DNA from: an uncultured virus (IMG/VR IMGVR_UViG_3300047678_000102)
Lineage: Duplodnaviria > Heunggongvirae > Uroviricota > Caudoviricetes
Length of the DNA: 64,000 nt
Reading direction: 5' to 3' (one strand)
Virus record (IMG/VR): IMGVR_UViG_3300047678_000102
In this document: piece after piece, positions 1-9,839 of the stretch
Layout: each line of letters begins with the position of its first letter
Numbering within the stretch: the stretch's first letter is position 1
Made by a program: the position numbers and the translations under genes
The notes under the pieces: generated by a model
The model's input: only the letters and a program-made list of their open reading frames with translations
What the model was told of the DNA's origin: nothing
Database searches by the model: none

Positions 1-1
1 T

Positions 2-331
2 GAGGTAATCAAAGACCTCTCGGTCTTCGTCGGATTTCATTCCCACCTTGTCGTCTTCACCAAGACGGGATACCCGTTCAGTCATCTTTTTGTTATCCCA
101 TCCCTCAGCGGACTTGAATCCTGCCGAAAGATAGATTCTCTTCATTTGATCTGCAGAAACACTCAGGACGCCGTCTGTGACGGTGCCTTGAGTCACTTCT
201 GGAGTGCCATTCTTCTCCACCTTCTCGTTGGTGTCAACGGAAGTAGTAGCTTCGACGGGTGCTTCAACGGTTGCGGTTGCGTTCGATTCGGTAGCCATTT
301 CTGGTGTCTCCACTGTGTTAACTTCTGACAT
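2..331 (-). CDS. Hypothetical protein, partial (runs off window start), acidic T/E-rich N-terminus
   Basis: ATG at 331 preceded by GGAGGAG; open frame MSEVNTVETPEMATES... to the window edge; absent from the ORF track because it is truncated. Confidence 0.7.
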   Translation of the reverse strand, partial: MSEVNTVETPEMATESNATATVEAPVEATTSVDTNEKVEKNGTPEVTQGTVTDGVLSVSADQMKRIYLSAGFKSAEGWDNKKMTERVSRLGEDDKVGMKSDEDREVFDYL

Positions 332-411
332 TTCCTTGCTCCTCCACTAAACTTATTTTAGAAACGAAACACGAAAAAGTAAATTACCTATTAAAAATTT
401 CATAAAAAGTT

Positions 412-906
412 TTACACTAATACAAAGTATTTTCCATCTTTAACTTGGATGTGTGGCCCAATCCCCCTTCCTTTCTTTTTCCAATAATTGAAATGATCTA
501 ACACTCTGTCCGGGTCTTCGTCACATTCCTTACCAATTTGAGCCAATGTTTTAGGTGTTGAAGTAACCACTGCGTTAATGTTCGCAGGAGATCTTCCTAT
601 CAAACACCCAAATCTATCCCTTGTACTTACTTTATCCAATCCTGCTTTTTCATTACCTGATTTGGTAGCTTTCTCTCGTTTAACTTCATCAATAATGACG
701 TGGGTATACTTAGTGTACTCCTCAGTAGAAATTGATTCCACCATAGTCATGTTAGACCACCAAATATACTCTACTTTCGATCCTTTCTGTAGTTTAACCT
801 TGGCCCCTGAATCATTACAATCAATCAACATCCCATAGATTGGTGTAATGGCAGGTAGTTTGAAAGGACTATTTAACGGAAGAAATTTCAACGCTACTAA
901 CTTCAT
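412..906 (-). CDS. Hypothetical phage protein
   Basis: 164-aa ORF, AGGAG RBS, downstream of the conserved promoter motif at 948-978. Confidence 0.7.
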   Translation of the reverse strand: MKLVALKFLPLNSPFKLPAITPIYGMLIDCNDSGAKVKLQKGSKVEYIWWSNMTMVESISTEEYTKYTHVIIDEVKREKATKSGNEKAGLDKVSTRDRFGCLIGRSPANINAVVTSTPKTLAQIGKECDEDPDRVLDHFNYWKKKGRGIGPHIQVKDGKYFVLV

Positions 907-947
907 TGGTTCTCCTACTGTATTGTTTTGGCCTCTTCCGTTAAATG

Positions 948-978
948 TTTGACGTTCCTAATAATCTTAGGGCTCTTG
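948..978 (-). promoter_or_regulatory. Phage promoter-like motif CAAGAGCCCT-N14-CGTCAAA, copy 1
   Basis: Reverse complement reads caagagccct aagattattaggaa cgtcaaa; intergenic and oriented with the downstream gene. Confidence 0.75.
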
Positions 979-979
979 A

Positions 980-1459
980 TTAACCATTTAATTCATCACC
1001 GAAAATAACTTTAGAAGGTGCGCAGTTAAACATCCATTCATCTGCCCATTCTTTAAGACCATTACGGAACTCCGTTCTTCCACCTTCGTAACAATTAAAC
1101 AAAGTGGAATAATCTAAGTAGTTACCGAAGTCAATCTTGATTGAACTATCAGAGATGCCGACGTTCTTATCACCAGGAAGGTATACCGTAGCGGTTAGAT
1201 TAGTATTCTTGGGTGCTGATACCACTCCAGTATCCTCTTCAAGGATCTTCTCAGCTGCTTCCTTACACACCTTCAAAGTTCCTGTAATATTGAATGGACG
1301 AGGATTGAAATCCTTCTTCTCTTTGTCTAGCTTTCTTAGATGAAATCTACCAGACATACCTATGGGGAAGATCTTGAAATCTCCCAGGTCGCTTTCATAA
1401 ATGCTACCACGAGGTGCCTTGTGAACTGCCTTCCACTTGATCATGTTGCATTTCTCCAA
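980..1459 (-). CDS. Hypothetical protein
   Basis: ORF co-oriented in the cluster; real start probably the internal ATG (MIKWK). Confidence 0.6.
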   Translation of the reverse strand: MEKCNMIKWKAVHKAPRGSIYESDLGDFKIFPIGMSGRFHLRKLDKEKKDFNPRPFNITGTLKVCKEAAEKILEEDTGVVSAPKNTNLTATVYLPGDKNVGISDSSIKIDFGNYLDYSTLFNCYEGGRTEFRNGLKEWADEWMFNCAPSKVIFGDELNG

Positions 1460-1466
1460 AAAAGTG

Positions 1467-1691
1467 TTAAGATTTGGAACGTCTTCTCCAACCTACTTGT
1501 TGATTTGTTAAGTTAACATCTAAGTCTAGCAAAGCATCGAAGATGGTTTTTCCATACCTTTTAATATCAATTCCTGCATAACCATCTTCTGCTTCTAATT
1601 CAGCTTGGTATCCATCAACCACATACATAATTTGGACTCGTTCGTGAAGCCCTAAGCATTGTTCAATTTCGTCTAATTTAGTGTCTTCCAT
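1467..1691 (-). CDS. Hypothetical protein
   Basis: 74-aa ORF starting 6 nt after promoter motif copy 2 (possibly leaderless). Confidence 0.6.
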   Translation of the reverse strand: MEDTKLDEIEQCLGLHERVQIMYVVDGYQAELEAEDGYAGIDIKRYGKTIFDALLDLDVNLTNQQVGWRRRSKS

Positions 1692-1696
1692 ATTAG

Positions 1697-1727
1697 TTTG
1701 ACGCTCCTAATAATCTTAGGGCTCTTG
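1697..1727 (-). promoter_or_regulatory. Phage promoter-like motif, copy 2
   Basis: rc: caagagccct aagattattaggag cgtcaaa. Confidence 0.75.
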
Positions 1728-1732
1728 TATTA

Positions 1733-2188
1733 TCAAGAGTTTAACCATTTAATCCACGTCCAAAACATTGGTCTTACAGAGACCAATAGGATAGCAATCC
1801 CGCAAAACAAAGAGGCAAAGGTAATAGTATACCCCCAAGAATCGTACTGACAGTCCCCATATATTGGTAATGTTTCATATACCATATACCCATATTTTGT
1901 TACTTTAACAGTTTCATATTTAACGATCGGAGCTTTCATATCTACAAACTTACCTATTGATCCACCTAGGAATACCCCACCGACAACAAATAATACAGAG
2001 TATAGATAGTTTGATTCACCTAGGAATACCCCACCGACAACAAATAATACAGAGTATAGATAGTTTGATTCACCTAGTTTGATAAAAGATGTCAACAGAG
2101 ACTGTCCTATCTTTACAAGTAACAGCAATGAAAAAAGACATCCTGCCACATTCCATACTGAAAGTTCAATCTGCATATTTTCTAACAT
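1733..2188 (-). CDS. Membrane protein with internal 18-aa tandem duplication
   Basis: Hydrophobic segments; LGESNYLYSVLFVVGGVF occurs twice. Confidence 0.65.
   Translation of the reverse strand: MLENMQIELSVWNVAGCLFSLLLLVKIGQSLLTSFIKLGESNYLYSVLFVVGGVFLGESNYLYSVLFVVGGVFLGGSIGKFVDMKAPIVKYETVKVTKYGYMVYETLPIYGDCQYDSWGYTITFASLFCGIAILLVSVRPMFWTWIKWLNS
1963..2077. repeat. 54-bp perfect tandem duplication (in frame)
   Basis: cacctaggaataccccaccgacaacaaataatacagagtatagatagtttgatt twice, followed by cacctag. Confidence 0.95.
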
Positions 2189-2200
2189 TAAGACTCCTGT

Positions 2201-3340
2201 TTAGTATTCTGGATTGATGATCTTAAATTTAACTCTTCCTACTCGTTCATCCCATCGTTCCTTGATTGGATGTACAACCACACCCTCTCGAATATGATCT
2301 CCAACTAAGCTTCTTCCCTCACCAAATTTAACCATAGTATCAAAGTCAAAAGGAATGGCTTCGTGAATGACTGGGCAATATGGAATAGCATACTTCCTTA
2401 CAGTATCAAGGTACTCCGGGAAGTCCATCCACATACCATCTGGTTTCAGAATATCAAATGCGCGGAACTTGTGGTTACCATTAGTATCATAGGGGAATCC
2501 CTTTTGATTACCATAAGTTTCACCATAAACAGCAAAATCGGGATTCTCTTGTAGATACTTCTTTAATGTTGGGACGCTATCAAAAGACTTCCACCACAAG
2601 TTACGGGTGGGTTTCCAACTCTCCACCTTACTCCAGACATACTTCGCTTTCTCTTCATTACCCTCAAAATGTTCTAGAATCTGTTCATAGGTAGTGGTTG
2701 GTTTGGTTGGATATTCCCTCTTCCATTCCCCACGAGAACCTACGTGGATTTCACCGTTCTTCATGACAAATCTACTGCTGGACCCATGTATCTTCTCTGT
2801 AAGTGCTACGATCTCATCAGGAAGGAAAACCAATCTTCCATAAGCCATAAAGGCGTCTACATCGTAAACCGGATAGAAACCCTCTGGGGGCTTAGCTGCT
2901 TCTCCTCCAGTAACGTTGGGACCCTTTCTTCGGGTAAATCCCGGTATTCCCATATCGGAGATATCTGGGTCGTAATGGAGGACTCCCATAAGGTCGGCAA
3001 CATTATCCCCAACTTTAGATCCCGATGGTGCGTGTACAAGTAAACCATAAGATACAATACCCCGTAGCTTTTCTGTTCTAATACGGACCATAGGACTACT
3101 TTTTGCTTTCTTCGCAAGAAAAGCAAACTCTGGCCGGGTGGTGTCTACAAGGTTATCCGGTGGAATCCAAGCGGCTAGATCTCCTACCTTCCAATCGGCA
3201 GTCCTGATAATAGATGTGTAATCTGCTACCTTTACCTTGGATAGAGCATCTGCATTTTCATGCTTCAGAATTTCCTTGATCTCTATGACATCAACTTTAT
3301 GGGTGGATTTCTCCACAACCATTGTGCTTGGTCCGTCCAT
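2201..3340 (-). CDS. RNA ligase, DRB0094/Rnl5-like (N-terminal OB/tRNA-binding domain plus adenylation domain)
   Basis: KHENADALS and KLRGIVSYGLL N-terminal motifs; motif I TEKIHGSS; YGE; FDI; REGVVV; FKII. Confidence 0.85.
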   Translation of the reverse strand: MDGPSTMVVEKSTHKVDVIEIKEILKHENADALSKVKVADYTSIIRTADWKVGDLAAWIPPDNLVDTTRPEFAFLAKKAKSSPMVRIRTEKLRGIVSYGLLVHAPSGSKVGDNVADLMGVLHYDPDISDMGIPGFTRRKGPNVTGGEAAKPPEGFYPVYDVDAFMAYGRLVFLPDEIVALTEKIHGSSSRFVMKNGEIHVGSRGEWKREYPTKPTTTYEQILEHFEGNEEKAKYVWSKVESWKPTRNLWWKSFDSVPTLKKYLQENPDFAVYGETYGNQKGFPYDTNGNHKFRAFDILKPDGMWMDFPEYLDTVRKYAIPYCPVIHEAIPFDFDTMVKFGEGRSLVGDHIREGVVVHPIKERWDERVGRVKFKIINPEY

Positions 3341-3354
3341 GTTATCCCTCTCAG

Positions 3355-4456
3355 TTAAAGTTCAACTACTGATTGTCTTTCTATGGCAGATTTAAGAATA
3401 GCAACTTGTTGACAATCATCTTCATTACTAAATAAGATTCCACTTACACCATTACCAGAATGATAAGGATGACCATCATCTTCTAATACTGAAACACGAG
3501 TCCAATACTCCCCAAATTCTATTCCAACAACAAATTTGTATTTACCATTGTGTTTAATCCACATTAGTATTTCCTTAAACTCTTGGTGAGTCTACAAATT
3601 GATTAGACCACTTCAAATACTTCTTCTTACACCATAGGTAAAATGGATATCCGTAGTATCCACCTAAAGAAGAACAGATAGCAAACCCAAAAGAGGCTAC
3701 TGCTAAGACTAACAAATAATGACGTTGTAGTAACAGTCCAAAGATTCCGAAACAATATGATAACCCCAACAAAATAATACCTATCTTGTTTAGAAAATGC
3801 ATTTGATTCCTCTTAACGAAAGTACATTAAGTATACAAGAACACCAAAAGACAAACCCATTACTACCTGCATGATCAAACATCCAAGAGCCGCTTTTTTA
3901 CCTGCTTTTTCAAGGCAATCATTGCAATACAAAGGTAAGCCAATATCTGGAGCATACAGTGTGTTAAAATTACCACATTGATCACAATGACCTTCTTGAC
4001 TATATTGTAGAAATGGATCGTCTGAGAAAGTATCATCACTCATACTATTTGATCCTTACGAAGTCATTTCGCCAGCTTTAAAATGATTCTGAATCTGTTG
4101 CAAAAACCCTCTGTAAGATACATTATGTTTTGGCATTGTTTTGGCATTGTTTTAACATATTGAACAACTTTATTATGTAGTTTACAGTGATCTTCTCCGA
4201 AGTCTAAATCCATATCTAAGTCATCAGGAGAGATCACTCCTACCCTAAACCATTTCTTACCACCAAAATCCATAACAGAACTGACGAATACAAGCCCTTG
4301 TTGTATACCATAATTGAATTCGTCGACTGTCAGTCCTAACGGGAAGTGTAAAGACTTTCCACCTTCTTCTTTAAACCATTTACCAATCATAGCAATACGT
4401 TGATCTTCCGGGAGAGCATAAAAAGTATATACACTTTTTAAGATGAGAGTTTTCAT
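3355..4456 (-). other. Run of four small hypothetical ORFs (3355-3564, 3575-3802 membrane, 3813-4043 CxxC plus TM, 4064-4456)
   Basis: Tightly packed co-oriented ORFs with 10-20 nt gaps. Confidence 0.6.
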
Positions 4457-4470
4457 TTATTACAACTCTT

Positions 4471-5430
4471 CTACAAAGTGGTTTTGAATGCTTCAAATGC
4501 TCCCACTGCCGCCAATATGAGATTTTCTTTCAAACAGATTTCATCGCACAATAAGAACTTTCTATATCCATGTTCGTAAAGCCAAGCAAGTTCTAGAAAA
4601 TCACAGCACTCTGGTACTTCATCTTTCACTACTGATAAGAAGATTCTGGAACCTACCATAGCTTCTGGATCAGCTTCAATAATAGTTTTCAATCCGGCTA
4701 TGATGTCATGAGGTTTATCTACTTCAACGTAGAGGTCTCCTCTAGCCGCCATCAAAGTTAGATTGTCTTTCTTCTTGAATTTACGAGTATACTCTAATCC
4801 CTTTTTGGATTCAATCTTGAGTATCACTTCCGCTTCTTTACCAACTAACTCTCTGAACTCATCAACGTCTTTTTGACATTCAACATAAGAGAGGTAATAC
4901 TTTCGTATACCTGCTCTTAATGCTTTGATGATCTTCTTCTTTTCAAAGTCTGTGAAAGTGGAGCCATAAACTTGAAGACTGTTATCTCTAATGTGTAGAG
5001 ATTCACCTACTCTGACTCGGAAGTTAGGACCACCCTCAAAGATGAGTCTACGATTTCCCTTTAGTTGTTTCAACAAACAATGATCAGACCCTGCTTTGAA
5101 CAACACTGGGGTAGGGATATCAACCATAATTGGATGATTGATTTCCAACTCTAGATGATCAGGATACTCAAACACGTCGGTAACACGTAACTGTCTACCT
5201 TTGATGTCAAACCATAAAGGAACGGAGTTAGGAATCTTTGTTGCTAACTGAAACTCATTGTCTAAACTATCTATATCAACCATTGCCGTATTCATACGAA
5301 TACCAGCAATGTTCTTCATAGTAGCAAGACGCTTGAAGTGAGGAAAAGAAGGCCAGAGTGTTACCGATAACTCTGGCCTTCTAGTATCCTCTAATTTAGA
5401 ACTTCTGTCAAACAGTTTGAAGATGTTCAT
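4471..5430 (-). CDS. Pyruvate kinase-like barrel protein (no C-terminal allosteric domain)
   Basis: GIRMNT, DIKGRQLR, LSYVE, KIESKKG and MAARGDLYVE match the pyruvate kinase barrel motifs. Confidence 0.8.
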   Translation of the reverse strand: MNIFKLFDRSSKLEDTRRPELSVTLWPSFPHFKRLATMKNIAGIRMNTAMVDIDSLDNEFQLATKIPNSVPLWFDIKGRQLRVTDVFEYPDHLELEINHPIMVDIPTPVLFKAGSDHCLLKQLKGNRRLIFEGGPNFRVRVGESLHIRDNSLQVYGSTFTDFEKKKIIKALRAGIRKYYLSYVECQKDVDEFRELVGKEAEVILKIESKKGLEYTRKFKKKDNLTLMAARGDLYVEVDKPHDIIAGLKTIIEADPEAMVGSRIFLSVVKDEVPECCDFLELAWLYEHGYRKFLLCDEICLKENLILAAVGAFEAFKTTL

Positions 5431-5431
5431 G

Positions 5432-6403
5432 TTAGATCAACGACTTAGTGGGTTTAGCATCATCTTCTTCATCACCCTTCTTACGTCTAGTAATACTCTT
5501 CATTTCGAGTTTCTTCATGGATGCGGGTGCGGCAAGTTTACCATGAACTGTCTTCAAAGATGTCATAACAACATTAACTTGTTCTGGCTTTTGTCGACCT
5601 TCAATTTCCTTATGGAAGTAATCAACTCGACCAGTTTCTTTGGCTAGAATACCAAAGATAACATCCACAACTCGTTGAGCATCTTGCAATGCACAAACGT
5701 GATCTTCACCAAGAAGCTTAATCCATTGCCCCTTAATTTCCTTTTCTCGTGTCCCAGGATAAGTCTTACGCACCAAATACACCGAGTATCTCTTCTGAAG
5801 ATCTTCAATGATTTCATCAATCTTGAGGTGGTCTTCAAGAGACACCTTGGCAAACTTAGCATTCTCTTTCTTCAACTTGTCGTACAACCCTTCATCGCCA
5901 ATGAAGATGAAGATTGGCTTACGAACTGCATTGGGCATCTCTACATTGTCAGTGTAATACTTAGCGGCCAGATCGTAAGACTCTTGGGTGCTTCCACCGC
6001 CACCACCTTCAATGATCAATGCCTTGAGTTCTTTCTCAAGATCAGTACCGCTTACGAATTCTCTTACCTGAAGAGGATACTTATCGGAGAAGCAATCTCC
6101 GATAGCACAGAAAGAAATCTCTGCCTTGTCACCAAGGTATTCCTTACCTTCTTTGTCTAGGTAAGGGAGCTTGCTAAAGATCGTAGCAGGCCATTCCCCC
6201 ATACTACCAGTTACATCGCAAGCAATAACCAAAGGGGATTCACTCTTGGTGGTAAGCTTGTCTGGAAGCATGTCCAGAGCTTTCTTACCAGCAGATATTG
6301 CTTCGGTGTAGCTACGGCCAGCATGACGATCATATGCCTTACGAGCATCGTCAAATACGTGACCCTTCCACGGACCTGGATCATAATCAGAGGTTTCTGC
6401 CAT
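5432..6403 (-). CDS. von Willebrand factor A (vWA) domain protein
   Basis: MIDAS motif DVTGSMG; GGGG..ESY; FIFIGDE. Confidence 0.85.
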   Translation of the reverse strand: MAETSDYDPGPWKGHVFDDARKAYDRHAGRSYTEAISAGKKALDMLPDKLTTKSESPLVIACDVTGSMGEWPATIFSKLPYLDKEGKEYLGDKAEISFCAIGDCFSDKYPLQVREFVSGTDLEKELKALIIEGGGGGSTQESYDLAAKYYTDNVEMPNAVRKPIFIFIGDEGLYDKLKKENAKFAKVSLEDHLKIDEIIEDLQKRYSVYLVRKTYPGTREKEIKGQWIKLLGEDHVCALQDAQRVVDVIFGILAKETGRVDYFHKEIEGRQKPEQVNVVMTSLKTVHGKLAAPASMKKLEMKSITRRKKGDEEDDAKPTKSLI

Positions 6404-7374
6404 TACTTTCTACTCCTTAAAGGTTTCATACTGGTGTATTTACGACCAAATGCTTTCTGTCTTACATTCTGGATTTCTTCACAGAGATTCTTCTTTTCCC
6501 AATTAGGTCTTGAGAGGACTTCCACTCTAATCATATCTTTAATGAACTGACACATAACATCTGGGACTTTGGCGGGGACCTTTTTGTCATTAAGATCTCC
6601 ACCCAAAGCATAAACCATAGTCATTCCAAGACCATAAAAATCAGTCTCTGGAATAACTGGCCCACCATCAATTTGCTCTGGAGCACCAAAGTAAGGAGTG
6701 AATCCTTTATTACAATCCTTACCAGATGGTCGGATCGAAGCCAAACCATAGTCAACAAGCACGACCATATGCTTGTCTTCTTGGATGATAATGTTCTGAG
6801 GTTTTACATCTCCATGACACACACCATTCTTATGGAGGTAAAGAAGGATGTTTAGCACTCTTTCGGTAATCCAAGCCACATCTTCAGGATCTAAATAGTT
6901 TGTATCTTTAACGATATTAGCTAAAGTCTCTCCTGGAATGTAGCTCATAACCAAAGCTAAGGCGTCTTCAATCTTAATGATATCTCTCATAGCAGGGATA
7001 CCATAATGCCTCATATCCCAAATAGCTCTGGCTTCTTCCAGAAGGATTTCTTCATCATAAGCGCTGATCTTATGTGCATGCTTGATACAAACCGGAAGGC
7101 CACTAATAACCTGTTCTGCTTGGTAAGTACGTCCAAATCCACCTTCGGCAATAACATTTAGGATCTTATACCCATTAACGATCTTACCTTTGATCTCCCT
7201 CTTCTTGTCGTACTCTGTTCTCTTCTTTTCATTACAGAGTACCTCATGTGCTTCGTTTAGATCAACCATTCTCTTGTGATCTAATTGATGCATCTTTACC
7301 AAAGCTCTATAAGAGGCTTTAAGCACCTCTTGAGGTGCTTTTGGATGAACTTCCAGTATGTTGTACAGATCCAT
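6403..7374 (-). CDS. Degenerate J-domain fused to Hanks-type Ser/Thr protein kinase
   Basis: N-terminal DLYNILEV...LKASYRAL...LNEAHEVL (HPD replaced by HQL); kinase motifs EGGFGRTY, IK, HGDVKPQN, DYG, APE, D.YGLG. Confidence 0.85.
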   Translation of the reverse strand: MDLYNILEVHPKAPQEVLKASYRALVKMHQLDHKRMVDLNEAHEVLCNEKKRTEYDKKREIKGKIVNGYKILNVIAEGGFGRTYQAEQVISGLPVCIKHAHKISAYDEEILLEEARAIWDMRHYGIPAMRDIIKIEDALALVMSYIPGETLANIVKDTNYLDPEDVAWITERVLNILLYLHKNGVCHGDVKPQNIIIQEDKHMVVLVDYGLASIRPSGKDCNKGFTPYFGAPEQIDGGPVIPETDFYGLGMTMVYALGGDLNDKKVPAKVPDVMCQFIKDMIRVEVLSRPNWEKKNLCEEIQNVRQKAFGRKYTSMKPLRSRK

Positions 7375-7415
7375 TTTTGTTTTGCCTTTTCCTAAGAGCT
7401 TTTACCGCCTAAGAG

Positions 7416-7446
7416 TTTGACGGGTTTAACATTACTGGGGCTCTTC
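7416..7446 (-). promoter_or_regulatory. Phage promoter-like motif, copy 3
   Basis: rc: gaagagcccc agtaatgttaaacc cgtcaaa, upstream of the kinase operon. Confidence 0.7.
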
Positions 7447-7707
7447 TTTTTCATAAAATTGCCCAAGTGGAATAACTAATTCATCAAGAGGAATTTGATC
7501 AAATGTGGTAATGTATCTAACATTAGTTTGTATCCCTTCGCTGTTTAACTTATCAATAAACTTCTGTCTGTTTCTCACGGCTTTCGTATGTTCTATTCTT
7601 TCTTTTTCTCTCTTTCTATCAACCGATGCCTTCTTCTCTGGATTACATGGTAATCCATAATGATAACTATTCTCTTCGCAATCTGCACAATATTCATGGT
7701 TACCCAT
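7432..7707 (-). CDS. Hypothetical protein
   Basis: Likely start MGNHEYC at 7707, just after the ligase stop; avoids the long overlap of the track call. Confidence 0.55.
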   Translation of the reverse strand: MGNHEYCADCEENSYHYGLPCNPEKKASVDRKREKERIEHTKAVRNRQKFIDKLNSEGIQTNVRYITTFDQIPLDELVIPLGQFYEKEEPQ

Positions 7708-7709
7708 TG

Positions 7710-8366
7710 TTATTCTCCGTATTGTTCCCAACCAGTGCCAAATCTCTTTTTGAGATCTTCTAAATATGCTAACGTCTTGATCTTTCTCATCCAAATACCA
7801 TGAGGGGGTGGACCTTCACATCCTTTTGCTACAACACCTTCCACAACCCCCCACTCTAAATACTGCCCACCCTTTACTTCGTTTATGAATTCTTGATTCA
7901 GGATGCCTTCATAAACTACTTCTGCTACAGGAAGTCCTTCAAAAGTATTGACAAACTGTCTTGGTGTGAGTAAACCTTTCTTATGTACATTTACATCAAA
8001 TAACACCACATCTTTTGGATCATTACTTTCTACATTAAGAACTGGATTCTTAGGGTCGTGTTGCCCACCAAAACTATGTGGACCAAAGAACTCACAGTAG
8101 CAAATCACTTCTCTTACACTACGGAAGTGTTTATCTTTTTTGATAATCTTTTCAAGATCATCCGCATACTTCTTCAAGAAGATATCAATAGCACATCCGT
8201 ACTCTGGATCGGTTCTATCAAACAACCTTCTCCGAGTGCCAAATAGATGCCATCCCTTCTTCCTTTCCCACTCAAACCTTAAATTGCTCCCATCATACTT
8301 TTTAAATGCTATACAAGGAAGGTTAGGTGCTCCATTGGGTCCAAGTATTGATGGGTACTCCTTCAT
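7710..8366 (-). CDS. RNA ligase (Rnl2-like nucleotidyltransferase domain only)
   Basis: KYDGSN motif I; CEFFG; LFDV; EGVVAK; KIK. Confidence 0.75.
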   Translation of the reverse strand: MKEYPSILGPNGAPNLPCIAFKKYDGSNLRFEWERKKGWHLFGTRRRLFDRTDPEYGCAIDIFLKKYADDLEKIIKKDKHFRSVREVICYCEFFGPHSFGGQHDPKNPVLNVESNDPKDVVLFDVNVHKKGLLTPRQFVNTFEGLPVAEVVYEGILNQEFINEVKGGQYLEWGVVEGVVAKGCEGPPPHGIWMRKIKTLAYLEDLKKRFGTGWEQYGE

Positions 8367-8371
8367 ACCAT

Positions 8372-8668
8372 TTACCTTCCTGTCAACATTGCTGCTACTT
8401 CCAAAAGTAGCTCACGTTGTTTTCCTCTGCATAGATTGTGAAATTCAACCCCAGTAATAGCACATAGTGCTTTGGCTCTTTCCATTACATCAGAGACATT
8501 TTCCAACGTCTCCATATCACAACCACAAATTTCACAATCTAATCTAACGCCAACTCTATTTACCGTCATTACTCCAACACAAGCATGAGACATGTGTTTT
8601 CTCTCACAATGAGATTGCCGTAGCATTTCTGCTTCTAAGTCTTGTTCTTGTGACATGCTTTTCCTCAC
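8372..8668 (-). CDS. Hypothetical protein with CxxC
   Basis: Co-oriented ORF overlapping the upstream stop codon. Confidence 0.55.
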   Translation of the reverse strand: MRKSMSQEQDLEAEMLRQSHCERKHMSHACVGVMTVNRVGVRLDCEICGCDMETLENVSDVMERAKALCAITGVEFHNLCRGKQRELLLEVAAMLTGR

Positions 8669-9348
8669 TCTGGATATTCCTTCACTTCACACTTATCATC
8701 ATCAAATAACACATAATGGCAAGGATGTTCAACCCACGATCCCCCATTAACAAACCTGATTCCATCTACCAACGAATCTTCTGTGTAGTGGGTGTGTCCG
8801 GTTATGACACCAACATACCCTTCGGTTTTGGCATACTTTACGGAACTATTTTTGAGCAGTTCTATTACACCACCTAATTGTTTTGCTTGTCTTTTCAACC
8901 ACTTAGCACTGTCTCTGTTAATCTTTTGCACCGTTTGATAACACCAATCTGCCACATCTGTAATTATTGGCCAGTTGAGTGTAGGATCAAACTTATGTCC
9001 GTGTAGAACTAGGAAATTACCTTGCCTGTTACTCAATGTATATTCATCTAAGAAATCTGTGTTCAATATGTTAGGGAGTATGTCAAAATCGTTTGGGGGA
9101 TTACCTTTTTTGGTCTGTTCATCATGATTGCCACGAATTAAAACCAACTTACGTTCTAAAGATATCTTCTTTAGTAATGAGATGATTCTCCAATGTCTTG
9201 GCTTGAACTTTTTGAAATTCAAACTATCTATGGTGTCACCATTTAGAATCAATTTATCAAAGTTGGTTTCAGTCAGGAACTTCTCTAGATACATGGTCAT
9301 ACTTGACTTAGTGCCGAGATGAATGTCGCTAATAATTATGTTTTTCAA
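8665..9348 (-). CDS. Calcineurin-like metallophosphoesterase (LpxH-like)
   Basis: SDIHLG, NGD, GNHD, HGH and GHTH motifs. Confidence 0.85.
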   Translation of the reverse strand: MKNIIISDIHLGTKSSMTMYLEKFLTETNFDKLILNGDTIDSLNFKKFKPRHWRIISLLKKISLERKLVLIRGNHDEQTKKGNPPNDFDILPNILNTDFLDEYTLSNRQGNFLVLHGHKFDPTLNWPIITDVADWCYQTVQKINRDSAKWLKRQAKQLGGVIELLKNSSVKYAKTEGYVGVITGHTHYTEDSLVDGIRFVNGGSWVEHPCHYVLFDDDKCEVKEYPE

Positions 9349-9452
9349 CTTTTGTTTTCTCTTGAAGGTAGTTGTGTAGGTGAACTGCCTTCTATTCTAA
9401 AACAATCGCATAATTGGTTTGAAAAGTTAACCATTTGTTAGTGATTTCTTTA

Positions 9453-9683
9453 TCAATCCCACTTATCTTTGACTCTCTTTCGTAACTCTTTCACAATTTC
9501 AATGGCTTCATCCAAAGTATGAAAATCATACGATCCCATATCACACTTCCAATCAAATCCAAACCTTATTGTTCCAGCATTACCATAAGTCAAATTGAGA
9601 TCCACATGAATAAATTGTTGACCCATATTAGTAGAAATCCGAGAAAGGTCTTGTAGTTGTTGTAATTTTTCAATGTCAAACAT
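9453..9683 (-). CDS. Hypothetical protein
   Basis: Likely start MFDIEK after AGAAGAG; downstream of two stem-loop units. Confidence 0.5.
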   Translation of the reverse strand: MFDIEKLQQLQDLSRISTNMGQQFIHVDLNLTYGNAGTIRFGFDWKCDMGSYDFHTLDEAIEIVKELRKRVKDKWD

Positions 9684-9707
9684 TTGGTTTACTCTTCTTA
9701 TATACAA

Positions 9708-9839
9708 AGTAGTGTGTAGTGCTACGTCATCTTTCGTTTTTAAGATAGCCGATCTGCACTACACACTACTATAACAAAGAAATGGTTGAGATAAAGTGCC
9801 GACACGGTTTACAAATCTGATCCCGCCCCAACCATTTCT
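9708..9839 (-). ncRNA. Two stem-loop dual-guide units downstream of the Nop-domain gene (9708-9770, 9778-9839)
   Basis: 15-bp and 11-bp stems; loops AGA-TCGGCTATC-TTAAAAAC-GA-AAGATGACG-TA and GGA-TCAGATTTG-TAAACC-GT-GTCGGCACT-TT. Confidence 0.75.

Noticed and set aside
9368..9420. Possible thirteenth guide unit (rc ...TAGAATAGA-AGGCAGTTC...)
   Set aside because: The stem is short and mismatched and the first guide is not 9 nt; at best a decayed unit.
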